Notes under the pieces: model-generated | Databases searched by the model: none | The model's input: only the letters and a program-made list of their open reading frames with translations | Told to the model about the DNA's origin: nothing | NCBI GenBank assembly: GCA_002189035.1 | Contig: NEEC01000004.1 | Location: forward strand, 310,001 to 374,000 | Length of the DNA: 64,000 nucleotides | Direction: 5' to 3' | Origin: Utricularia gibba | Lineage: Eukaryota; Plantae; Magnoliophyta | Shown: piece by piece, positions 38,470 through 49,759 of the stretch | How the letters are laid out: the number at the start of each line of letters is the position of its first letter | Numbering within the stretch: the first letter of the stretch is position 1 | Position numbers and translations under genes: made by a program

Positions 38470-38803
38470 GGGGATCCATTTTGGGTGAGCCTGAGCTGTA
38501 TCCCTCTTCCCTATTCCTTCCTACAGAGTGTTGTACTCTCCTTGGAATAAATGAAGAACCCGCTTTTCCCCTTAAAAAATGGGAAATCAAAATATGTCAA
38601 ATACTTCCAAATGAAGGAAATGTTTATTAGTTTTTGGATTTGAGGTACGTACAAACACCTCTAATGATGATCCCGGTACAAAGGTACACGTGGTGCTGGG
38701 GCGAAAATGGATTTGATTTTTTTACAGAAGTCACGTGACTTGCAGGTGGGCCAGACAGATGGACAGAGGGATACAGTGGATGGGTCACTTTAAATGCATC
38801 TCC
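38470..38803. mobile_element. Possible old MITE with imperfect inverted ends of about 38 bp
   Basis: Perfect 12-bp inverted pair CTGTATCCCTCT (38496-38507) / AGAGGGATACAG (38765-38776), extendable outward with mismatches; no TSD seen. Confidence 0.35.
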
Positions 38804-39005
38804 GGGCCAATGGGATGCGGTGCATGATTATAGTATAATGTTAATGAGATTGTCACAATACCAACTCCAGTATTGTAATGATAATGAATATATTTTCTAT
38901 TTGCATCTGCTAAACACAACAGACTTCATTCTAAGGTAAAGCAGGATAATGCAAAAAGTATGCTGTCTCCCATACAATGAACATTAGGTGGCTGAGGATA
39001 CCTTT

Positions 39006-42000
39006 TTAACTCTTTTGGGCATGTGAGACAAGCCTGAGGAGCTCAACGACTTCCTTCAGTCTTTTGTCTGCATTTTCTCTTGCCGGTCTTGGAGTCCTAA
39101 GTAAACATCAGCATAACATGATTTCAATCTTCGGTTGCTTAATTAGGCAATGCAGTGATTTATCTTGACCAACCTCTTATCTTTAGCGGCCTTCCTTGTG
39201 AGCTCCTGGGCAAGGTTGGTTAGTCTCTTGAGAAGGGCTGGTGACTTGCGAATAGCATTTGCACCAACTGGTCTGAAGCACATTTTCTTCAGGAGGTCAG
39301 CAGCAACGAAGTATGCATCTTCTTTGTTTCTGCCAAATCAGGAGCACGAAATCTGAGTCGTAAATATATTTTTTTCTGATTGTTGAACAATGTGTATTGT
39401 AGTATCTTTACCTCAGGAACTCCATGACAATGGTTTCCATGCAGTGAGGGCATTGAACCAATATCTCTGTAAGGTGTGGATAGCGGGCGAGGTTCCTGAG
39501 AGTGGAGATGGCATGCTTGAGAACTTGCTGGTCTGGAATGCTCCGGCTCACAGACCTGATCAACTTTAGCAAAGTGTATATGGCTCCTGCGGCAACTAGC
39601 TCTTCACAGCATTTCTGCGACAGCTCTGTGGCCATGTCTGAATGAACATGTAGTGAATGCACTATGTGAGTTGTTTTGTTTTGATCCGTTTGAAAGTAGA
39701 TTGTTTTACCTAAAGTTGCACAAGTGTGCAAAATGTTGGTCACACTTTTCATGCTCAAAAGTTCAGACAGTGCTGCAATAAGGCGGTTGATTAATCGCCG
39801 GCTCTCATCTACATTTGCAGCCGATTTTTCCATTCTCAACCGCAGGTCAAGAACTTGGGTTTTTGCATGTTTTCGAGCAAGATAGCCTTTCCAGTACGAC
39901 TGTCAAGATTCAATTGGTTTCAAATACTAATCTGTGACTGAAGAAAATGCAGTGATGCATGCAGTTTCATGAAGTCGAAGTGGCTCACTTGAATCAAGAT
40001 TGCAGACTGCAGTTTCCTTTTATCAAGTTGCTTTGCCATCCAACCCCGGAAGTATAACTGAATCAGCACTGCAGCATTTGTTGCCTTCATTTGTAGAACA
40101 TATCTCCACCATCTTTGCAACTTCACTATGCAATGGATCATATTCTCATAGCCTGCTTGTTCTAGATAATTATTGGGAGTCGTACCAGAGCAGAACGATG
40201 CTGCACATTCAACGTTTCAGGATGGCCAGTTGATCCGTAAAGCGCTTGTGAGAATATCTTGAAAAGGAGTATACATACCTGGAAGCTTTCTCCTAAAGTT
40301 TTCTCCTCTGATAAACGCTTGCAAAACAGCTGCTGCAACCCTGTGAGATAAAAATGCATTACGACAACTCATGCAGTGAAAAGTGCTCTTGATCTTTGTG
40401 ACTGCATTTTTTTGGAGCAGCAACTTCTTCCTTTGCAACCATGCCCTGCAGAAGCCTTGAAGTTTAATGATAAGATTTTTTTTTCTCAGGGCTTTTTTGC
40501 GAGACACCCATCCACGAAAATGGGACTGTATAAGTGTTGCCGCCTTTTCTTTTTCCTTTTGAATCCTGAAATTTCTCATTCTCCTTGCATATCTAAAACT
40601 CATCTGTATTGTTCTTATAGCCATCTTTTTTCTGGTATAACTCCTCCTGATCAACCAACCAAGAAAATAACTCTGGATTTTACTCGCTGCAATGTGCTCC
40701 TCCCTTCTAATGGATTTGCAAATGAAAAACTTCTTCCACGCTTTCTGTATTTTGATAGCTGCTGCCATTTGAAGTGCGGCCTTCATTTTTGCATATGCAG
40801 ATCTCGCTAACCATCCACGAAAATGGGATTGTATAGCTGTTGCTGCTTTCTCTTTCTCTTTGTGAATCCTGGAATTTCTCTTTCTTCTGAAATACCTATA
40901 ACTTATCTGGATTGTTTTGATAGCCAGCATTTTTCTTGCGAAACTCCTCCTGATCAACCAACCAAGATAATGGCTCTGGATTTTTTCTGCCGCATGGTGC
41001 TTATGTCTTTGAATGGACTTGCAAATCAAAAAGTCCTGCCACGCCTTTTGAATTTTGATAGCTGATGCCGTTTGAAGTGCGCACTCCCTATTTGCATTGG
41101 CAGACCTTACAAACCATTCGCGAGTGTACCTCTGAATTACAGAAGCAGCCTTGATTTTCAAATGCATTTCATTTCCAACCCTCCTTTCAAAATGCCTCTG
41201 TGCAATCCATGACCTTATTGCCTGCTGAATGACTATCCCTGACCTTTGTATATTTACGAAGTATCGCCTGTCAACCAGAAAGGCAACATGCGACGTGATT
41301 CTGCAAATGTCCCTTGCTGCAAGTTAGCAAGAAACCAATAGAAAAAGTTAGACATGGAGGGGCAGAAACACACCAAAATTAAGCAAGTTTTTCATTAAAA
41401 AAGATTTGAGACGGACCTTTTCTCGCCATAAGATCCTCCACAGTCAGTTTCTTCTGCACCACAAGCCATGCATAAGCATATTTTTGCAAGATTAGAGCTG
41501 CATTTCTCACCATCACATAATTCCTCCGGTCTGATATTTTTCTTTGATGGGATTGTATGATTATTGCAGCTTTCTCTGCAAATAAAAGAAAGCTCGACAG
41601 CTTAACTAAACGAAACTTAGTTCCAACAAACTGATTACTTACACTACTAAAAGCTAAAATATTGATGCACACACCTCTCGTGATGCTGCTGCTGGTCTTT
41701 CTACCGTTCATCAATTCCTTCCAAGTAAAAGCCGCCTTGGTGCCCTTTCCATTCTGTTGAGCCATGTCTTTCCACCAAGCCATTATAGTTGTAAAATCTC
41801 TTGAACAAACTGCCAACCATTATACAAGACAAAAACTTCATTATTAGGATCCATGTAACTTTGCCTAATTGCAAAACATCAGCGTTCATCTAAACTACCA
41901 TGAAGTGATACCTACAGAGAACACGTTCTTAAAAGAAAAGATACTTTATAGTATAGTTGCATATAGCATAATTCACCGTATCTCGGAAAGCTTTCATGAA

Positions 42001-45000
42001 AATTGAAAATGAGATTAACCTTCTTCATTGTTTGAGTCTGTGCTAGCCAGCCTACGGAGTGAACTTTGGCAACTCAGACCCAACTTATGGTAATTTAATT
42101 CATCCTGAAACGAGACAAGAGCATCTGCATTGTAGATATCTAACAATAGCATTTCAACTCATGGTTTAGTGTACTTACCGTGTTTCTTTTGACAAGAAGT
42201 TGAACCGAAAGAAACACGAGGAGGATAGCCACACTCTTCCAATTGCAAGCACCCTTGTTTTCTATTATGTCGCTGACTTGTAAAACCTGTGTTACAATCG
42301 CACTTTAAGTGAACATAATAGTATAAGAAAAGGCAAAGAAACCTATATCGGTATAATAAAACAAATTAGTATAAAAAGTTCATTCTTGATAATTCTTTCC
42401 CTGAATAGCACTGACCATCCACATAGCACGTATTGGTCTATGAAAACTATGATTTAATTGAAGAGCATTTAAAGTTTCCTTTTATAACCCCATCTTAAAA
42501 CAGAACAAGAACAATATATATACAGGTTTTATAGGACCTTGTAAAAAGTAGCTCGGCAGTCGGTAATCCTAATCATTTGGGAGTTTTAAACAGGTTTCAA
42601 CATCGACTAGATGCAACATATACACCTATTCCTAATTTGGTAAGCCGAAATAACTCTTACCTCAGGAAAGTTACCCAACAGGGAGGTCAATTTCTGAGAA
42701 AGTAAGAAGTTATGGACGGCATCTGTGTACTCAATTGCTGACATTATGGAAACTTCTTTCCTTGTCCCACATAAGTCCTGCCACACCAAGGTCCGATACC
42801 CTCAAGTCCATTATAAAAAAAATCAAAATTCTTAAAGAAAAAATATATTACCTTACAAGAACATGAACAGTCATGCTCCTTGCGAAAATAATAATCAAGC
42901 AGACACCACATGGCCTTTCCATCCAACAAGGAAGAGTAGCTTTCAACATTCAACTCGTATGTATCACAAATTGCCTGAAAAAGTGCAGGTTGACTAGCGC
43001 CTGGATTTATTGGAAATGTTCCTTTTTTGGGTTAATTTAATGGAGTTCTAATCAGTTTCCAGTACATAGATCTGCAACTGGTTTGGAACTCGAAAGCTAA
43101 CCATCCCAAAAAAGAATCAGGGTTCAACAATCATGTTATAGCGGTGTATTCTATTTGATTCTTGAGTATTGAGTTCACCTGAATAGTGGGGGATTTATCT
43201 AACTCAAAACAGCGATTCCTTTTAAACTTTCACAGGCACGCATATATACGTAGGTGAGGAGGGGAATAAAACAATTACCTGAATCCAACTGAGAAGCAAA
43301 GTTAAGGGCGTCTTATTGCTTGCATCATCCTATAAAGCAACAAATGCAGCAAAATGACAATGCAGAAAACAACAAAGATGACGGTCAACAATTTTGATTC
43401 AGTTGAGAAATTTTTTTCAGAACCGAGAAAATGCTCTATAAAATCGTACCACATCATGGCCCTTAAGAGTTGAAATCTCTCTTGAAAGAATTTCTTTATC
43501 GATCAGGAGAGGCAGCTACACATACGAAAAGTTAAACGAACTCAGTTTCTTCTGGTATACAGCATCAAACTGAAATCAAACATGACAAAATGATATATAG
43601 CTCTTAAATGGGAATCCAAGTGTGATCAACCAACCTGAAGCTGTACAAAAATGTTCCATAACAAGGAAACAGTAAGTTCCTTATCCCCATTCACGACATC
43701 TTCAGGGATAATTTCAACTCCATCTTCATCAAACAATGGAACTCCTGCCTGTTTTAGATACTGCAAGGCGAGAGCAGCATTGGATATGCCCTTTTTTGGG
43801 ATTCCTGAAGGATCCAGCGCTTTCTGTTTATTCCATGAATCATTACATCAGTATTAGTTAGACTAGAAAAAATTTTAGAAAACAATTTAGGCGTCTAGCA
43901 TGCAAAAAACCTGGAAAATGGAGGGATCACCCGTTAAGAGATAAACAGCTCGGCAAAGCCTTAGCCCATCTTGGACATCTTTGAATAAATCACTAATTTT
44001 GAAGTCATACTCAATCAACGGACTCTGCAACAAAAGAAAGTAAGGCGTAAAACTTTTACAACATTATGCAAGGCTTGAAGCATAGACAAGGGTACTTACT
44101 TGCTGATAGGTTACTTTAAATCCAACGGTCACAAGATGTGCAACAACATTGCCTTCACCATGCATCACATCCGAAGTTAAAAACTCTAGGATGGAAAGGG
44201 ATTTCAACATTAGGCGCAATGAATCCATATGACCTTCCAAAAGTTGATCAAGTGAAAGAAACTCACCAGATATGAGATCCCGGCTTGATTTAATGGTATT
44301 TATTGAGGAGAATAACATAGGAGATCCACCATCCAAACCATCAATTCCGTATTTAAGGGGAAGGCTTGTTTGAGTCTTGGCTCTGTCCATTATGATAACA
44401 AGCAACAAAAATCTCTTTAATATAACATTTCCAAGCTTTTCATAGTAACCTGGCCTGTATAAACCTTCAACTAGCTTATTATAAGCATGCGCTTTAGCAA
44501 GGCCCTGGTGTGCAAAAAACTGTTTTTCCAGAACTGCCCTTAGAAATGCTTTTTCCTGCTCACAATTGTCATCACCATTTGATAACAAGGAGTCACCACC
44601 CAAAATCACATATAAACCAATACGAAGCCAAACAGGGTTGTAACACATGAGAGTTTTCAATGCCTTCTCCTTCATTCCTACATCACTCACAATGGGGCAT
44701 CCTGCCCTCATTTTTAGCCTTCCTCCATCAATCGTCTGAAATTAGACAAAAATTGGAATACTCAGTATATTAAAACTGTCCAGACAAAATACCAAAGACA
44801 GCAGCACGGCATTTTGCGGCTTATGAGTGCAACATAACAAAAATGTTCATATCGAGCAACATAATCTAGCATAAAATCAAACTAACACACATCTAGCGAA
44901 ATTAGAATACTCAGTAATGTCAAAATCGAACCTTTGCTACTAACGTCATCGCCTCAAATATCTCTTTACAGCTATCCAAACTCAAATGCATTCTCATTCT

Positions 45001-45630
45001 TTCAGTGAGATCTTCTAAGCTACATATTTCTTGCAATGATTTCTTCAACTCCCAAAACATGGAATGTGAAAATTCCTTGTCTCCTCTCCAAAACGAATCC
45101 CTACGCCTCTTTGGCGCCCTCCATAGACCCTCAACACCCACTGAAGAAGCTGGCGCACTTCCCCTTTTACCAGTATTCACTACATGCCTATTTGTTTTGC
45201 AATCCACGTTCAAATCAGCACCACCGTCTTCCCCAATGACTTTGGCTGGATCGCAACCACACATAGCCGGATTATCGAACAAAAAGTTCAACCACACCGT
45301 TAGAGATTTTGATAAGGATTTAAGCGATTTTTCCTTCTCCATTTGAAGCTTCCGTGCGGACTTCAATTGCTCCAGCTCAATAGCCTTCAATGTGCGGGTA
45401 GCTTTTGATTTCATAGCTGAACTTTTGAAGCCACGGCGTGAAAATGACGGAGTGTTCTTTGAGGCAGTGAAGAACATGGGAGAAGCATCGAAAACAGGAT
45501 TCTTCGATCTATTTTGCGGGGTTCTCATATTTGAAACGTCCCTGAAGATTGCCGATGGAGGAGGCTTAGGCAAAGGTGAAGAGGGATGGGAGAAAAAAAT
45601 TGTACTAAGTTTGCGATTTCTCGACTCCAT
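39006..45630 (-). CDS. ASP: Abnormal spindle-like microcephaly-associated protein homolog (CH domains, IQ repeats, ARM/HEAT-like C-terminus), about 19 exons
   Basis: Frame-consistent exon chain from MESRNRK (45630) through YNPVWLRIGL, DVMHGEGN, QYLKQAGVPLFDEDG, AMWCLLDYYF, a 1038-nt IQ exon (41316-40279) and LKHAISTLRNLARYP, to ELLRLVSHAQKS* (TAA 39008-39006). Confidence 0.95.
40507..41115 (-). repeat. In-frame tandem duplication of a 303-bp (101-aa, 4 IQ-like motifs) unit inside the ASP IQ exon
   Basis: tttgatagctg at 40751 and 41054; ccatccacgaaaatggga at about 40507 and 40810; both offset by 303 nt. Confidence 0.9.
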
Positions 45631-46047
45631 TTCACGAAATCTTGAATCCGAGGAGTAATCTTCCGGGAGTTGTCCGGAGGAAGAAACAGAAACGGCAGAC
45701 AAAAAATAAAGAGCTCGTCGTCAGTTGTCGTTTGAATTTGAACTACCCCTATGGCGGTAAAAAGAAGCTCAGACATTTCGACCCGTCAAAGGAAGCAACT
45801 TGGTCTGCAAGTGATGGGCTTTGGACACTGAGATAAGCCCAGAATACAAAAACTGTTCTGTAACCAGCCCGATTCTAGCCTGAATAACCGACGACTGATC
45901 CTATTCTGGGACTTTGGGGATGTGAATTTTTCTGAAAAAAGTGAACTAAATAGCACATAAATGAGAGAATGCGTCCGGCGACAACACATGAAAGAACGTC
46001 TTACAGGCAGATGGTGGACGCATTTCAGAGCAGGGACAGTGTAATGA

Positions 46048-47367
46048 TCAGTTGCTATTGAGCTCCATCTCCTTCTTCTTGAGCTCTAGCGCCATGCGCT
46101 CGTTTGCCAGCTTCATTCGTTCTATCTCCATCCTGGCGAAGTCCAGTTCCCTGTCCTTCTTCCGGCAGAACCTCTGCCATTTGAACCTCTCCTTTTCAAG
46201 TTCCAGCATCCGGGTTTCTATTTGGAGCCTCTGCTCTTCTAACTGGACACTTCTTTGGCTGATCCACTGCTTCTTTGATACGGAATTTATTTCCATTCCT
46301 TCTGGTGAGACGTGGTCTCCCTCATAGTCAACGATTTTATTGCAGTCTAAAGAGTGTACAGGAGGTGGCTTCTTTAAGCTGAAATCCTCAGGTCCCTGGG
46401 ATGATCTCGTTCTTTTTGGAAGATTTTGCATCATGCCATATGCTGCTGCTTCACCAGAATCCTCGTGGTCATCATACTCCATTTGGTGATCAAACTCATC
46501 GTTATCTTCAAGAGGATGGCATTTGGAATCATGTTCCTCGTGATCATCTCGAGTGCCAAGGGCCAAGTGCAGAGATCGCTGTAACTCTGGATCATGAGGT
46601 AGATACAACCGGTTCCCGTTATGATACGAACACATCTCCTCATAATGCAAATGCTTTGAGCTCAGAATTTTTCGAACCTCTTCTTTTGCTTTCTCAGGTA
46701 TGTGATCTACCACTTCTAGAAGTGAAGGATTCTCGACAACTTCGCAACAAGTCCCTCTTCCGAGAATCTCATTCAGCCTCTTGTAACGTTTGTTGAGATC
46801 ATTGAACTTATCCTCACACTGCTGTGGTGAAACAAAGAAACCTCTTTCAGCCAACACCTTAGAAACAGATTTCCATTTCCCTTTCTTCTGCAAGTTTGCA
46901 TGCTTCCTCCTCGAACCAATGCTGCTGTTTTCTGCACAGACAGCCTCCTCGTTTATGTATGATACAGCAGTGATCAACAGCCTCACCATTTCATCCGTCC
47001 ATTTCACACGCTGCCATGGAGATGAAGCCTTCTTCCCTTTTCTAGATTCAGAAATCTCTTCTGCAAAGCTTGGTTCATCCTCTTCACTTGCGGATTTTGA
47101 CTTCTCATGCTTGCTCAAGTCAGATAGAGAAACAGTGTGATCATGAACTTGGCTTCCTCCTCCTGCCACAAGGGGGAACTTCTTATGATTCGTGGAAACT
47201 AATGGAGGAGGCCCTTGCCTTGGATGAGAGCCATGGTGCGATGCAATAAATTGCTGCGGTTGCTGTTGTTGATGATGATGAACTCTGATAGGTTCTTGCA
47301 AATCAAAACCCCCAAAAGAAACATTGCCCTGCATCATATTCCTTGAAGACAGGCGATTCCCTTCCAT
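46048..47367 (-). CDS. Trihelix / Myb-SANT-like DNA-binding protein (At1g21200/At1g76870-like, HRA1-related family), intronless CDS
   Basis: MEGN...SFGGFDLQ, WQRVKWTDEMVRLLITAVSY, QKKGKWKSVS, SPQQCEDKFNDLNKRYK, HLHYEEMCSYHN, C-terminal coiled coil ELEKERFKWQRF. Confidence 0.93.
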   Translation of the reverse strand: MEGNRLSSRNMMQGNVSFGGFDLQEPIRVHHHQQQQPQQFIASHHGSHPRQGPPPLVSTNHKKFPLVAGGGSQVHDHTVSLSDLSKHEKSKSASEEDEPSFAEEISESRKGKKASSPWQRVKWTDEMVRLLITAVSYINEEAVCAENSSIGSRRKHANLQKKGKWKSVSKVLAERGFFVSPQQCEDKFNDLNKRYKRLNEILGRGTCCEVVENPSLLEVVDHIPEKAKEEVRKILSSKHLHYEEMCSYHNGNRLYLPHDPELQRSLHLALGTRDDHEEHDSKCHPLEDNDEFDHQMEYDDHEDSGEAAAYGMMQNLPKRTRSSQGPEDFSLKKPPPVHSLDCNKIVDYEGDHVSPEGMEINSVSKKQWISQRSVQLEEQRLQIETRMLELEKERFKWQRFCRKKDRELDFARMEIERMKLANERMALELKKKEMELNSN

Positions 47368-49759
47368 TCCAAAGCACAAATTTTGCAGACAAGTTACTTA
47401 GAAAGAAGTAAACCGGATGTTTACAAAACTTCCCACTAAGAAACTTCAGGAATTCACAATAACTAACTCACAAAAAATCATCCCCAGATTTGGTTTACAA
47501 CACACTGCATATTGCAAAAACGCAACAACCCACCAGAAAACGTGGAAGACCCCCTGAATGACCAAAGAAGAACCAAGCTTTTTCCTCCAACAACTTACCC
47601 AGAAATCGAACAACCCAGATCAAAATCAGAGCTTGCAGCGGAAGAACGAAATGTCTTCGAACCCCAGGAAGCAGTTGGGGTAGAAAGTAATGGAAACAAG
47701 AATGACAAGCTTAGATTTTTAAATAACATAATAATTGATAGGTTTTTTTAGGAGGGGGTTGACCCACAAAGAGTACCTGTGAAGATCCAATTCCGATGAA
47801 ACCAGAGACCCTTAACAGAGTGGAATCAAGTCGGTGGAGCCACGGGAACCACTTTCTTTTCCTTTTTACTACACCCGACACACGCTACACGATTCAGACA
47901 AGCATTAATACGGTTCTTTAGATCCTCCCTCAATCTCCGAACACCCTCCGCCGCTTTTCTGATTTAACTGTGCTGAATTCTTCTCCTCTAGGGTACTCGT
48001 TTTCACACTGGGAATATGCCTTTGTGTAAACCAGTCCGGGGTTACTGTTCCTGTGCATAGTAAAAAGTCGCACAAGACTTGAGCTGAACCCCAACCAGGG
48101 AATACGCCAAGTAAGAAATCAAATGTCTGAATCCGAGGAATTTCAGACGAGAAGCTCAGATTTTTCTAAGCCAAAGAATTTCAAGCTCACACGCACAAAG
48201 CTTCCACACCATGGGACTTTCAAAACCATATGACTTCCCTTTACTATTAAATGCATTCAAAACAAAATTTGCTTTTGTCCGGGTTTCTTTATTGTCCGGT
48301 TTGTGGACAACACACACCCTAAGGAAACTCACATAATTGAATTTAAACATATTGAGAATATTTTAATATAGATGTATATTCAATTTAAAAATAATTGAAT
48401 AAAATGAAATATGTTTGGTTGATAGATGATAAATATCTTCATTATTTTTTAATATAAATAAAAGAAATTAAGTATAGAATTTTAAAAATATATTAAAATT
48501 GTAAGATATTAAATTTTTAATTCAAGATAAGATAGTGTGTGTGGACCTGATGATCTCAGGTGGGAGGACGATGGAAGGTATGGGCTGACCCAAAGGACAG
48601 CTGACCCATTTATATTGGATCTTAGTTGTCTAATTATATAGAGCCCATGTTGTTAAGATATTCTAAAATTGGAATCAGGCCCAATAGAGGCCGAAAAAGA
48701 TCAAGCCCCGTACCTCTCGGATACTGGAATCTTCCCCAAATCTCTCCACTAGATGTGATTTTATCAGAAATGTGAATGTTTATCGGGGGTTTCAACAGCT
48801 CGTATATCTGGGAGTGTTGTTTCTCTGATTATGATCCAATTTGATTGGTTTTTTTCTAAGCTAAGCAGTTTTCAGGGAATCGTAAAAAGGAAAACACGGA
48901 GGTTTGTTTCCTGAATCCTCAGTTGATGCCACTGTTGAAATTTTTTGTTTGATTGAAGGATTGGTAGAGATTTTTATCTGGTTCACGGCCATTCAGTTTG
49001 AAATTCTAGCTTTTTGTTTCCCTACGGTGTGGATTGATGATCGGTGTCTGAATTATGTTGATTCATAAATGATTGCGAGATGCTGTTGTGCTATGCAACA
49101 AAGGGACTAGTAGCGTTCGAGTTTAAGTAGTCTGCAACCACTAATTGTTTCGATCTTTCTGGGTTTCCTAGTGTCTGATATTTTATTTTCCTCTCTTTCT
49201 GCACTTCTTCGCCATATCAGTGTCATAATCTCGATGGTAAGGCTTTCGTTGCCACGATATCATAAATTTTGCCCTTCAAAGTTCTTCAGAATAGTCACAG
49301 AGTCGTATATTTTGACTGTTGCCTGGATTTAGCGCAGAAGCAAGCGATAAACATATTTGGTCGTGATTTTGAAATTTACTATCTGAACTATTTACTAGAT
49401 TTATAACAGCATCTATCCATGTTGAGAATAGTGTTGTTGGTTGAGTAGCGTCTTTGTGTTCCGGTATCGAGAAACTACGCTGCTATGGCGAATTATAGGG
49501 TGCAGCATTACGATCAAAGTGATGTCTTTGTTTTATTTAATGCATTAGAATGGATTGCTAGGCTGCCTTGTTGATCCAGGAAGACCCGCTGCACCACTTG
49601 TGTATTCGTGTTCCCTATTTTCCTGTGTTATTTTCATATGTTTTCGACTTCTTGGGCAGGTATTAGATGTGTGTGCATGAAGCAGGCAGCAGAAGATTTC
49701 GTGGCCTTACTCATGGAATAGCACCATCTTTTATTGACTAAAGATTCATTGATCTCCAA

